From: Octopus sinensis
Taxonomy: Eukaryota
NCBI RefSeq assembly: GCF_006345805.1
Contig: NC_043014.1
Location: 50,282,001-50,346,000, forward strand
DNA length: 64,000 nt
Direction of reading: 5' to 3'
Each line of letters begins with the position of its first letter. The stretch's first letter is position 1. Below are positions 9,954 to 22,497 of this stretch, in pieces. Made by a program: the position numbers and the translations under genes. The notes under the pieces are model-generated. The model was not told where the DNA came from and made no database searches. It was given only the letters and a program-made list of their open reading frames with translations.

Positions 9954-10779
9954 CAACAACAACGCAACAACAACAACAACTACTACTACTACTACTACTA
10001 CTGCAGCAGCAGCGGGGGTAGTGAGGTGGGACCACCACGGGGAGGTTAATCGTCCTGCTAAAGTTAGCAGCCAAATCTCCGTATCACGCCTTACCCCTTC
10101 ATAAAAGCAAAGGACACGTTGCATAATATACAATTCTAGTTGTACTAGTTCGGGGGATGGAGAATAAAACGTGGTGGTCACGGCTGGAGCGTCTATGAAC
10201 ACATGCATAGTGGATCAGTGCTAACCTTGGGCCAAATAACAGCAAGTGGTATAATACGTAATATTGGTATTGGTGGCGGTGGTGGTGATGGTGGTGATGT
10301 TGGAGGGGGTGATGAAGGTGGCAATGGCAGTAGTGGTGGTCATGGTTGTGTTGGGGATGGTCGCGGTGAAGACGGTCGGTGGTTTGCTTTAAGCTGCCAA
10401 CTTGGCTCTTGATCAAGCAAGAACAAAGTATGATCAAAGGCAATCCAACCGTGATCATCCATCCATCCACCCATCCATCAAGTGTATTTTTCTTCGAGAC
10501 AGTCCGTAACCCGGGACAACGTTATCCGATGTTCCTTTCTTTCGTTTTTGCTGTTTTTGCAGATGACTTTAAAAAGGGGGGCAACGGGAAGATTTCGGCT
10601 GCTATTTCTAAAACAGGTCCACAAAGCGACCACATAAAAGAAGCTGCTTTAATTGGCTCGTCTTGTTTAGCCCCGGGTCAGTCCTGTTTGAGGAGATGAT
10701 CTTTGATCGAAGGCGGGAGGTGGAGAGAGAGGGGGATGGTGAAGCGCCGGTGGGGCGGCGGCGGTGGTGGTGGTGGTTG

Positions 10780-10818
10780 CGGGGGTAGCATTTAAGATAA
10801 CTACTACTACTACTACTA

Positions 10819-10892
<74 letters not shown>

Positions 10893-10904
10893 TCTTCATC
10901 TACA

Positions 10905-10946
<42 letters not shown>

Positions 10947-10992
10947 TCATCTACTACTACTACTACTACTACTACTGCTACTGCTGCTGCTG

Positions 10993-11029
<37 letters not shown>

Positions 11030-11228
11030 GGCTGCTGCTGCTGCTGTGATCGATAAATAGTAAAAAGCTTCGGCAGTGACCGATAATGTTAGTAGGAAGA
11101 GGGAGAAGTAGGAGGAGGTACGGTTGTGCTGATAGTGGTACATTTGACGTTTATGATAGCGGCAGCAGCAGCAGCAGCAGTAGTGGTAGTAGTAGTGGTA
11201 GTAGTAGTAGTAGTGGTGGTGGTGGTGA

Positions 11229-11259
<31 letters not shown>

Positions 11260-11264
11260 GGTGA

Positions 11265-11304
<40 letters not shown>

Positions 11305-11485
11305 GGTGGTGGTGGTGCTGGTGGTGGTAGTAGTAGTAGTAATAGCAGCAGCAGTAGTAGTAGTGGTAGTAGTAGCAGTAGTAGTGGTAGTAGTAGCAGT
11401 AGTAGTGGTAGTAGTAGTGGTAGTAGTAGCAGTAGTAGTGGTAGTAGTAGTAGTGGTAGTAGTAGTGGTAGTAGTAGTAGTAACC
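10780..11485. repeat. Compound trinucleotide arrays: (CTA/CCA/CTG)n, then (CAG/TAG/TGG)n
   Basis: Direct reading; the two arrays are mutually reverse-complementary. Confidence 0.9.
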
Positions 11486-11650
11486 ATTATGTAAAGAGAT
11501 TCTGATGGTGTATCATATACATGGAGTTTAATGTTATCCCTATACGTTTAATCTCCCCCCACACACACACCTCTCTTTCTCTTTATGTATCTGTGTGTGT
11601 TTGCGGCCAAGCTGGGGCACCGCTTTGATGAATTTTAGTCAAACGAATTG

Positions 11651-12069
11651 ACTTCTCTTTTTCTCTTTTTACTTGTTTCAGTCATTTGACTGTGGCCATG
11701 CTGGAGCACCGCCTTTAATCGAGCAACTCGACCCCCGGGACTTATTCTTTTTGTAAGCCCAGTACTTATTCTATCGGTCTCTTTTGCCGAACCGCTATGT
11801 GACGGAGACATAAACACACCAGCATCGGTTGTCAAGCAATGCTAGGGGGACAAACACAGACACACAAACATACACGCACACACATATATATATATACATA
11901 TATACAACAGGCTTCTTTCAGTTTCCGTCTACCAAATCCACTCACAAGGCTTTGGTCGGTCCGAAGCTATAGTAGAAGATACTTGCCCAAGGTGCCACGC
12001 AGTGGGACTGAACCCAGAACCATGTAGTTCGTAAGCAAGCTACTTAACCACACAGCCACACCTGCGCCT
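11651..12069 (-). mobile_element. SINE-A, full length
   Basis: ttttacttgtttcagtcatttgactgtggcc...cacacagccacacctgcgcct. Confidence 0.9.
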
Positions 12070-12129
12070 TCTTTTATCTCTTATTGTTGTTGTTGTTGTT
12101 GTTGTTGTTATTATTATTATTATTATTAT

Positions 12130-12508
12130 TTGTTTCGGTCATTAGACTGCGGCCATGCTGGGGCACCTTTATGAAGTATTTTTAGTCGAATGAACTGATC
12201 CTAGTATTTGCTAATTTTTATTTTAAGAACCTGGTACTCATTCTATCGGTCACATTTGGCAGACCACTAAGTCACACGACCACACCGGTTGTCAAGCGGT
12301 GGCGGGTGAGGTGGGGGAAAGGTGGAGTCATCCTTCCCACCACTCACACGACGGGCTTCTTTCAGTTTTCCGTCTATCAGAACCACTCGCAAGGTTGGCT
12401 TGAGGCTATAGTAGAGGACACTTGCCCAAGGCGTTACGCAGTGGGACTGAACCCGGTACCGCGTGGCTGGGAAGCAAACTTCTTGTCAGACAACCACGCC
12501 TGCGCCTA
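12130..12508 (-). mobile_element. Diverged SINE-A-related copy
   Basis: ttgtttcggtcattagactgcggccatgctgggg...caaccacgcctgcgcct. Confidence 0.75.
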
Positions 12509-12529
12509 AAATATAATATATATATGTTT

Positions 12530-12822
12530 TAATCTGGAACTTATCCTATCCAACTCTAATACCGAACAGCTAGCATACGGGGATGTAAACAAACCAAAAC
12601 CGGTTATCAAGCGGTGAGGAGAAGGAGACAAGCATACATGTACATATACAAACGCGTAAACACATACATACACACACATATATACATACGTATGTGACTG
12701 GTTTTTGACGGGCTTCATTCAGTTTCCGTCTACCAGATCCACTCGTAAGGATTTGATCGGTCCTTGGCTACACTAGGGAAACACTTGCACAAGTGGCCAC
12801 GCGGTGGGCCGAACCTGGAATC
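12530..12822 (-). mobile_element. Old partial SINE-A-related copy
   Basis: gacgggcttcattcagtttccgtctaccagatccactc...cacttgcacaagtggccacgc. Confidence 0.6.
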
Positions 12823-13053
12823 AAGTATTTATGAGGGTCAATAAATACTTTTCTGCATCAAGATCTTAATCAGATTGACGATTCGGACGTTTAACGAGCT
12901 TCAATACGGAAATTGTCTCAGGAAAAAGATATTCTCCTCATTGGTAATATGTGTGAAAATACATATTTGGATTATGAATCATGTCATCGGACCGTTGTAA
13001 GCATTTAGTTTCTGCGTCCTTGCCCTTCATAAGCTACACCGAATCTATCACTC

Positions 13054-13781
13054 ATACCTCACTTTTTTTAAATAAAAGGTGGGTGAATATAGCAAGGATG
13101 GTCTGCATGAACGACGGACCCACTTTGAGCATGAACCTATAGAACAAAAATAGAAAGGGCGCTTTGCTCTCATGGTTTTTTCCGAGGTTACCGTGGGGTT
13201 TTTTCGTGGGTTTTTCTTTCCATGGATAACCCTAGTCAGTGTTTTATATCCCCCGCTCTTTAAGGAATTTCAGTTTTTAAAATGCTACATTAATCATCCA
13301 TAGCTCACTCTTTTCAATAAAAGGTGGGTGAATATAGCAAGGATGGTCTGCATGAACGACGGACCCACTTTGAGCATGAACCTATAGAACAAAAATAGAA
13401 AGGGCGCTTTGCTCTCATGGTTTTTTTCCGAGGTTACCGTGGGTTTTTTCCTAGGTTTTTCCTTCCATGGATAACCTTAGTCAGTGTTTTATTTCCTCCG
13501 CTCTTTAAGGAATTTCAGTTTTTAAAATGCTACATTAATCATCCATAGCTCACTCTTTTCAATAAAAGGTGGGTGAATATAGCAAGGATGGTCTGCATGA
13601 ACGACGGACCCACTTTGAGCATGAACCTATAGAACAAAAATAGAAAGGGCGCTTTGCTCTCATGGTTTTTTTCCGAGGTTACCGTGGGTTTTTTCCTAGG
13701 TTTTTCCTTCCATGGATAACCTTAGTCAGTATTTTATTTTTCCCACTCTTTAAGGAATTTCAGTTTTTAAAATGCTACATT
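13054..13781. repeat. Tandem repeat, 245-bp unit x3
   Basis: aataaaaggtgggtgaatatagcaagg starts at 13071, 13316 and 13561; units are near-identical. Confidence 0.95.
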
Positions 13782-13926
13782 CTCAATTTTTGTGTACACA
13801 TCACAAAACGTCTTCGATCCCTATTGATCCGTTTTGGAAAATTCTACATTGTATTGTCTCCTCTGTGTTCGGCCCTTTGTGGCTTAATAAAGAAATCTAT
13901 CATTCATAGCTCACTGAGAAACAGTC

Positions 13927-14056
13927 GTATGAAGGCACATGGTTTAGCGGTTAGGGTATTTGGATCACGATCGTAAGGTCGTCCGTTCGATTCCCGGCGG
14001 TGCGTTGTGTCTTTGAGCAAGACACTTTATTTCCCGTTGCTCCAGTCCACTCAGCT
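13927..14056 (+). mobile_element. tRNA-derived SINE fragment (SINE-D, CORE/MESC-like body)
   Basis: A-box-like tggtttagcggttagg, B-box-like cgttcgattccc, then gttgtgtctttgagcaagacactt...gctccagtccactcagctgg. Confidence 0.7.
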
Positions 14057-14340
14057 GGCAAAAAGGAACATTACGTGTTTCCACATCTGAGTTAGCTGGT
14101 CTGTCACCCCGCCATTTCAGAGAGCCGACCTTATCGTCTCTCCACCTCTCGTTACCCATAGGACGTCCAACCTCCCCTTTCCCTGCTCTAACCACTATTC
14201 CCAATCTTGCCTCCCCAGAATATTGCCCGTATGGAATCTCCCCCCCACCTCTGCTCGTGTAGTTCCACCCCGAAACATCGCTCCTCTGGAATCCTGCCCC
14301 ACCTTTTCTTATGTCATTCCAGCAGGTGATGTTCTCCATC

Positions 14341-14510
14341 AGCTTCAAATCTCCTTTCCCCCTCCTCAATCCAGCTGCCCGCTTTTTCACTATTGATAAA
14401 GTTGGAGCGCCATCCCCTAATGTAGCAACCATGTCAGTGTGAATGTCGTTGGGGGATAAACCCTTTTCCTGCAAGTAACACCATGATGTCAAATTTTGTC
14501 CATTTTCAAA
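14341..14510 (-). mobile_element. Mariner transposase N-terminal remnant
   Basis: YLQEKGLSPNDIHTDMVATLGDGAPTLSIVKKRAAGLRRG, the mariner N-terminal HTH pattern. Confidence 0.75.
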
Positions 14511-14535
14511 AAAAAAAAAATCGCTACGAGTCACT

Positions 14536-14700
14536 TCGACCTCGGCGGAATTTGAAGTCAGAACTTAAAGACGGACAAAATGCCGCTAGGCCACCCAGAA
14601 AAGATTAAACTCTAACATTGATACACGGCCATAAATCTGAGGTAGGAAGGATAAATTCATGTGACTCGACCCAGTATTGATTGGTACTTTATTTTATCAA
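14536..14700 (-). mobile_element. SINE-B fragments
   Basis: tcgacctcggcggaatttgaagtcagaac... and gacccagtattgattggtacttattttatc. Confidence 0.55.
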
Positions 14701-15237
14701 ACCAATCCTTCCGTGGTACTCTATTTTGTTGTCTCAGATCGTCCAGGAGATCTTCGGAACTGGAGGGCTTTTCTGAAGACGGCACATACATCGCAACCGG
14801 GCCTAGGAAATTTTTTGTCGATGGGAAGGTGGGGAGGGGTCACAAAATGAAATTTAAACATACATAAGATTAACATTTAATCCAGAAAGAGGTGGTTCAG
14901 AAGTTATTTAGCAACCCCTAATAAAATCTCTCTCAGAAATCGCTAACATAGTTAGGCACAGCACTTTTCACGAGAGCAAATATATAAATAGATAAGGCAC
15001 ATGGGTGGCTGTGTGGGGAGAAGTTTGCTTCCCAACCACATTGTTCCGGGATCAGTTCCGTTGCAAGTCATCTGAATTTCAACAGTCGGATGTCATTTTA
15101 CCTGGAAAGAAACAATACAGTTATTAACAGAAAGTTAAAACTAATACATGCATGATGTCACAGCTCTAGTATCACTCCTTCATAATCAGCTTATGAACTT
15201 TTCAGTCCACCCTAGTAAATGGAATAAATGTCGTTGG

Positions 15238-15255
15238 TTAGGGTTAGGGTTAGGG
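15238..15255 (+). repeat. (TTAGGG)3 interstitial telomere-like repeat
   Basis: ttagggttagggttaggg. Confidence 0.6.
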
Positions 15256-16288
15256 TTGGTCTCGCAAAGGGCTTGCAAGGGTCATGGGCTCTGTCCCTTC
15301 TTCCAGACTCAGCAAACATAAAACACATCGAGGCAACCTCGTTGTTTTGTTCTCCAATTCATATCATACATGATATTATATAATATTATATGGCAAAATG
15401 TTCGCATCACCATGATACTTTATTGAGGTTTTGTGTAATGAATAGTTCAGGAAGTTACAACCGTAACCGTCGTGTGTTCTGTGGCTGGCAACATCCAGCA
15501 AGGGTCCTGTGTTCAGTGTTATGATGGATGCATTTTTCTTCTTTACTTTAACGCCCGAGTGAATCCTATATGAAACCAAAATAACTCCCTCCACCATACC
15601 TTTCTCTCGACACACAATCTACAAACCAATACTTCCCTTCCAACTTCCTCTGCTTACATGACACCGAATTCTCATTCACATGACTCTATTTACTAAAAGA
15701 AGAAAGGAAAAGAAAAAGCAGTCAGCCAAAGGCGACACGAAACAAGAAAGAACCAAACTAAGCCGTAGTCTTATGAGGCTACCAAGCACAAACTTCGAAG
15801 TTGCAATCAACTTTTCCCTTATAAAAATTACTCACATCTACACAAGCACGCACACACACGCGCGCGCGCGCGCACACACATTCAGACCCGGTCGTAGTTG
15901 CCACAGAGTGCTTTACTACTTTCTCAGCAGACGAAGATGATTTTAGTCAATCAAGATCCTATCTTGAATGGAATTTAGGATATGTTTATATGTTCTTCCT
16001 ATCAACATTCATGTCACTGGCCACTTTGAGTTATTTCTAGCATGACTACAGCCTCTGGTGCTGTATTATTACTCACCACCAATTATCACTCACATGATGT
16101 TTCCTTCACCATCATATCTAAGTTATGTTATCACTGCACCTCTCTAATTCCTTCTGTGCAAAGCAGAGATCTGTTTCCCAACATTCTTCTGTAATATACT
16201 GCATCTCTTCCTCACTCTTCTTTATTTCTGTCTGTCTCTCCCCTCCCACTCGCTCTCTCTCTCTCCTCTCTCTCTCTCTATATCTAAT

Positions 16289-16338
<50 letters not shown>

Positions 16339-16654
16339 CATACACACACATACATAATTCATCCATACACACACACACACACATATATAGATGTTTGGTC
16401 GATTGCATATCTCATTTCTTGAATGAAAGCTGGCTATCTACTCTCTCCCGTTCTCTCTGTCACTTGCCTGTTTATCTATCTGCCTTCTCTCTTCCGCACC
16501 TCCTTCAGTGGAGCCACTGATTTCTCCTTCCAAATTTCTATAGCGTGACAGCAAGATGGAATAATAAAGGGGATACGTGACTTTGCTTAATATATATGTG
16601 AGCCATAGGCGAAACAAATATATATTTTGTCGGATTCACGATTATGGATTAAAT

Positions 16655-16754
16655 NNNNNNNNNNNNNNNNNNNNNNNNNNNNNNNNNNNNNNNNNNNNNN
16701 NNNNNNNNNNNNNNNNNNNNNNNNNNNNNNNNNNNNNNNNNNNNNNNNNNNNNN
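16655..16754. other. Assembly gap (100 N)
   Basis: Run of 100 N. Confidence 0.99.
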
Positions 16755-17046
16755 CGGCACGTACACACACGCACATATCCACATATCCATATTTACATCT
16801 AGACATGCATCTATGAGTGTCTATAAATATAAATTGATGTATATCGATATTATGACACTCTACGTGTGGATAACCTTCAGTGAAGTGAAACAAGATTACA
16901 TAACAATGTTTCTTTCAATTATTGTAATTATTTTTACCATTTCTTCCATTTTTCTGATTTTCAAAATCAACCCAGCTCCCGCTGTTTCCGGAAGCTGTTT
17001 CCGGAATATTGCATAATCCTTTTCGCTATTTTGTTATTAGGCATCA

Positions 17047-17490
17047 TACGAGGTCTGATCAATATGTATATGGATTGTTGCTATAGTAACGAAGCTAAAA
17101 CACGCTGATTAAGGCCGCTTGGCATAAATTGACCTTGAATTCTGGTGTGCATGCTCAATAAGTTTTAACGTTCTAGCTCACTTTCGTTGTTTACCGCAGT
17201 GCTTGGAAGGAAGGTGTGTAGCATGTGATCGCCGCATTGACCATGACACAGAAAGTTGTCATAGCAACACCTGCACAGAGGCTTACGCAAAGTTGCTGAA
17301 TGTGTATGGAGAGGATTGTATTAGTCGCCGCACACAAGTGTACGAGTGATTCAGAAGTTTCTAAGATGACCGAAGAAATGTGGATAGTGACGAACGTTCT
17401 GAGAGACCCTCAACCAGCAGAAATAAGAAAAACATAGCAAGTGTGCGTGCATCTGTGAGGGGAAATCGTCAAATCATCATCCGTCAATTG
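17047..17490 (+). mobile_element. Mariner 5' end (TIR, 5'UTR, decayed transposase N-terminus)
   Basis: Starts tacgaggtctgatcaata; decayed frames give EAYAKLLNVYGEDCI..TQVYE..DERSERPSTSRNKKNIASVRASVRGNRQIIIRQL. Confidence 0.8.
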
Positions 17491-17705
17491 TGAGATTAAA
17501 TTTTGGGATCGATCCAGTACCGGACAACAATTCTGGATTATTTTTCTTGTTTTTTTTTTAATGTGGTCGGATTCATTTTCAGTATTCTCGTTTGTGAGAT
17601 CAGTCGAGTTTATTTCCGATATTCTCATTTGAAAAATCCTCTCTGGCTAATCATTGAGAGGACATTGGTGTTGTGCTGGCGGAGTTTTGCGCTCTCTGAG
17701 TGCTC

Positions 17706-17709
<4 letters not shown>
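17490..17709 (-). mobile_element. Interspersed non-autonomous repeat (same family as 57898-58088)
   Basis: Reverse complement aacagagcactcagagagcgcaaaactccgccagcacaacaccaatgtcc matches 57898 aacaggagcactcagagagcgcaaacctccgccaaggcaacaccaatgtcc. Class unknown. Confidence 0.65.
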
Positions 17710-17946
<237 letters not shown>

Positions 17947-18026
17947 TTCTTTACAGACTACAAGGGGCTAAACATAGAGGCGACAAACGGATTAAGTCTA
18001 GCTAGTAGAACCCATAGCACTACGGA

Positions 18027-18200
18027 GAAAAATGCTTAGCGGCATTTGGTCCGTCTCTTTTACGTTCTGAGTTCAAATTCCATCTGCTTTTCATTATTAC
18101 ATGATCGAAAAAATAAGTAACAGAGGACTGGTTGAGTCGATGTAATCGAATAACCCCACTTACCCCTAAATTTCAGGCTTTGTATGTATAATCGAAATAA
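18027..18200 (+). mobile_element. Diverged SINE-B-related copy
   Basis: aaatgcttagcggcatttggtccg...cgttctgagttcaaattcc...gtcgatgtaatcga. Confidence 0.6.
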
Positions 18201-19013
18201 ATATTAACTGAATGGTCATTTTAAATATTTTATCAACACGAACCTGATGGAAAAAAAAAAATTCACTGATGTTGTTATAATTCTCCAAATATTTTATTCC
18301 AATGAATGCAAACGAGAAGCAACAAAACCACAGAGTTTTATATTATTATATTCTTGTCAGACATGCGATTCCGTTCTCTATATTGTCAGTAACGAGGTGA
18401 CTGATATACATTTCATTTTATTTTACTATATTTTATTTTATTTAAGTAGGTTTCATAAACAAAGAAAGGTCATAGAAAGTTCGAAGAAATGTCATTTGCA
18501 CTTTGATTTCTAAGTGCTCATCTTCACACGCGTCTCTTTTTCTCTTATCTTTCTTCTAGTTACCGTTTATCTTATTTTGTTTTCTTTCAATGGCCTCTAT
18601 ATCTCTACTGCGATATAATTATTTTAGTTCCCTACAGACATTCTCAGATGAGATCACTTGTCAAACAGGTGTAATTTCAGAAATATATTATTTCTGTTTT
18701 CGCCTCTTATCTCTTCATCAAAGATTGGTCTCCATTAGACAAAATATAATGGGTTCATCACGTCAGTTCAAATGAGAATAGGAGACGCAATTCTCTCTCA
18801 ATTTAAATGTAAACTTATAGCTCAATGAGCCATGAAGCGTAAATGCTTCATATATATAGATATGGGTGAGTGCGTATGTGTGTATATATATGTGTGTATA
18901 TATATATATATATATGTGCTTGTATATATAATTGTGTATATATATGTATATACATACATGTATATGCATTTATATTTACAGGTGTATATATATATATATA
19001 TATATAATATAGA

Positions 19014-19054
<41 letters not shown>

Positions 19055-19293
19055 CATACATACATATATAAATATATATCGGTTTGTTTCGAGACGCATA
19101 AATTATAATGGTTATTCACAATTGTTGTCTTTGTTTCGGCATATTTGGCATTAGAATTTTTCTTTTGGCCTTATCTTGTAAATTATTTATAAATTTAACC
19201 TTTAAAGGTATTTTTGATATGCTGGTCATTGATAACATATTTTTCCCGAAAAAAATGTTATCCTACATTAGTTATATATATATATATATCCTT

Positions 19294-19534
19294 GGTCTGA
19301 TCAATAAGTATCCGGACTGTTGCCATAGTATCGAAGCTAAGGCACGCAGAATAAATACTCTTTGCACAGATTGACCTTGAGCTCCGCTGTGCATGTGCAA
19401 TAAGCTTTAACTTTCTAACTCACTTACGCTATTTACAGCAGTGCTTGGAAGGGAGGTATGTAGCGTGTGATCGTCGCATTAACCATGGCAGAGAAAGTTC
19501 TGAAGAGAATCTGCATCAAATTTTGCCAAAAGCA
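19294..19534 (+). mobile_element. Mariner 5' end fragment
   Basis: ggtctgatcaataagtatccggactg TIR-like start and MAEKVLKRICIKFCQK; same family as 17047. Confidence 0.75.
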
Positions 19535-20030
19535 ATCAAGGAGATCTTGTGAATCCGAATCCCGAGTGTCCTTTTGGTCAGTTGAAAGCAGTTTTGACAC
19601 AAACTCGACAGGCACGCGCCTCATATCTAAATATTCAGTGATAATAAAATGAACCGTAACTAATCTGCACACACTTTGATTACTCACGGAAGGTGCTTCG
19701 AAGATTTCCCCTCACAGCTGCAATGTTTTTCTCAGTTCTGCTGGTTACCGGTCTCTCAGAACGCTCATCAATATCAACATGTTTTCGCCATATTGAAAGC
19801 GTCTGAAACACTTGTACACTTCCGTGCGGTTCATACAGTCCTCTCCAAACATATTCTGCAAATTTATATAGGCCTGTGAGCTGGTATCGCCATAACAACT
19901 TTTCCCGACATGGTCAAAGCGACGATCACACGCTACATACCTTCCTACCAAGCACTTCTGTAAACAGCGGAAATGATCTAGAGCGTCAAAAGCTTTGTGC
20001 GCATGCACAGCAGAGTTTAATGTCATTTCC
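19535..20030 (-). mobile_element. Mariner 5' part with decayed transposase, opposite orientation
   Basis: QAYINLQNMFGEDCMNRTEVYKCFRRF / DERSERPVTSRTEKNIAAVR / LDMRRVPVEFVSKLLSTDQK on the minus strand. Confidence 0.75.
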
Positions 20031-21579
20031 CACCACTGAAACAATCGTTATTTATACGTCGTACCTCCTGAAGTGACCCTCACCTTGTATCTACACTTCT
20101 GAAGGGCCGCAATAAAAAGTTTGCCCAGGCAGTCATAGACAGTTTGAAATCACTGTTATTTATTCCTTACACAGATACTTTTTCCTACAGCCATTCAATG
20201 CTAACCTCGTCAATGGTTCCATTGTAAGAGGTTTTGCGAAAGCTATGTGCTTTACTCATTCCTGCGTGCCACCCCGATAAAACATATTCAAATTCATAAA
20301 CGCCCATCAATGAAGTCTGTGTATCTTTCTCGAGCTAATTGTAGAGACAACGGGAATGTCGATAGTGAAATTTTTGAAATATACGTTATCTGTTGTATTC
20401 TTTAAAATATTCTGTTTGAAATACGATTTTCATTAAACTTTTGGTATATTGTTGTTCTTAAATTCAATGGAATAATCTCGTAGTGTCTTGGTCGGGTCAT
20501 TACGCCAATAATTATACACGCACTGGTTTAACATCACTTCTTTGTTGTTAGTTAATTGATTAAATATCTAACCAGCGCAAGAATTCACATCAATAATCTT
20601 GCACACCAAACAGAAAGACTCCATGTTGACTGAAATGCAATTTTGGGAAAATTACAACCCTAGGAATATCTTCCCAACAGCTTCTGGAATAGAGATTTCA
20701 TGTAGAATTTGTTCTTTACCTTGATTCAGGCATTGAATTGTGGCCATGTCGAGGCACGCCGTTCGTAAGGGACAGCTCTACTCATTCTAACCAGGACTTT
20801 TGCTAAAGTCAGTGGGTTATGAAAAATACAACACTGATTCACAAGCGTTGTTAATATTAGCACACAGACAAGCACCCACGAAGAAATATGTATATGCATT
20901 ATATATAATATATATATATATATATGTATATATATACATACACACACATATATATATATATACATATATATACATAAATATATATATTATATATATATAT
21001 ATATACATACATATATATTTTATTATGTATGTATATAAATATGTATACATATACATACCACACACAGAAGTATGTATGTGTATATATATATATATATATT
21101 ATATATATATATATATATATATTTAATATGCACTCACGAGACATTGGTTGACCCGAGGCTATATTAGAAGACATTTTTTTCTCCAAGTTGTCACAGAGTA
21201 AGACTCAGTGCGAAGCCATGTAGTTTCGAAGCTAACTGCTTTAACTAAACAACCATACTTGCACCTGGAAACACTAACAGAACTAAAATAAATAAATAGA
21301 ATAAAATAAAATAAAACGTTAATTGTATTGTCAGTCACATAATGCAGAAAACTTAGTACAATATCTGCGAGTTGTTTTATCGACATATTAATTTATAGCG
21401 TTGTCTGCTCAAGGGCCAAACAAACCCAGACGAAAAGGAATAATGAGAGAGTGGTTTCTTTAACGAACCGATCGCATAAGCAAACATTGTAGAGGTTCGA
21501 TAATCTATCGATACTAGACTCTTAGATGACGGTTCTCTTCTTGATTTTCTTTGTTGTTTTCATATATTTATTTCTCTTT

Positions 21580-21798
21580 TCTTTTCTTTTACTTGTTTCA
21601 GTCATTTGACTGCGGCCATGCTGGAGCACCGCCTTTTAGTCGAGCAAATCGACCCACCTGGACTTATTCTTTTGTAAGCCCAGTACTTATTCTATCGGTC
21701 TCTTTTTGCCGAACCACTAAATGACGGGGACGTAAACACACCAGCATCAGTTGTCAATCAATGCTGGGGGACAAACACCGGCACACAAACATACACAA

Positions 21799-21833
<35 letters not shown>

Positions 21834-22016
21834 CTATATATATACATATTACGACAGGCTTCTTTCAGTTTCCGTCTACCAAATCCATTCACAAGGCATT
21901 GGTCGGCCCGAGGCTATAGTAGAAAACACTTGCCCAAGATGCCACGCAGTGGAGTCTGAACCCGGGACCATGTGGTTGGTTAGCAAGCTACTTACCACAA
22001 AGCAACTCCTACGCCT
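21580..22016 (-). mobile_element. SINE-A, full length
   Basis: Complete tail, microsatellite and head. Confidence 0.9.
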
Positions 22017-22020
22017 ATAT

Positions 22021-22249
22021 ATTTATTTCTTTACTACCCACAAGAGGCTAAACACAGAGGGGACAAACAAGGACAGACAAACAGATTACGTCGACCCCCA
22101 GTGCGTAACTGGTACTTAATTTATCGACCCCCGAAAGGATCAAATGCAAAGTCGACCTCGGCGGAATTTGAACTCAGAACGTAACGGCAGACGAAATACA
22201 GCTACGTATTTCGCCCAGCCTGCTAACGTTTCTGCCAGCTCGCCGCCTT
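22021..22249 (-). mobile_element. SINE-B, full length
   Basis: tttctttactacccacaagaggctaaac...tttctgccagctcgccgcc. Confidence 0.9.
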
Positions 22250-22497
22250 ATATATTTCTTATATATTTCTTATATATTTCTTATATATTGGTCGATGAAT
22301 ATAAGAAGCATAATTGTACTTGATGTAGTTCTAGTCGGTGAATGGTTTGCAATCTGAAGGGGTATGTTTCAAAGATTATTTTGCGGTGTTCAAGGAAAAC
22401 CTGTTGGAAATAGTTTAAATGAGGTTGTTATAATTTTAAGATATTATTTTTATGTATTCCGAAACAACGTATTTCGAAATGTTATGCTGGAAATGTA

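Noticed and set aside
9278-11505. Long poly-K/R/E, poly-T/S/V ORFs in the ORF track
   Set aside because: They arise from stop-free trinucleotide and polypyrimidine repeats in several frames on both strands; no domain is recognisable.
13054-13781. Tandem arrays as CRISPR-like repeats
   Set aside because: Eukaryotic context, no unique spacers, and the units are whole tandem copies.
14738-14828. FSEDGTYIATG, resembling a WD40 strand
   Set aside because: The match is too short, the donor is weak, and it lies among repeat fragments.
15855-15880. (CG)n/(CA)n tract with Z-DNA potential
   Set aside because: Short, and ordinary in this microsatellite-rich genome.
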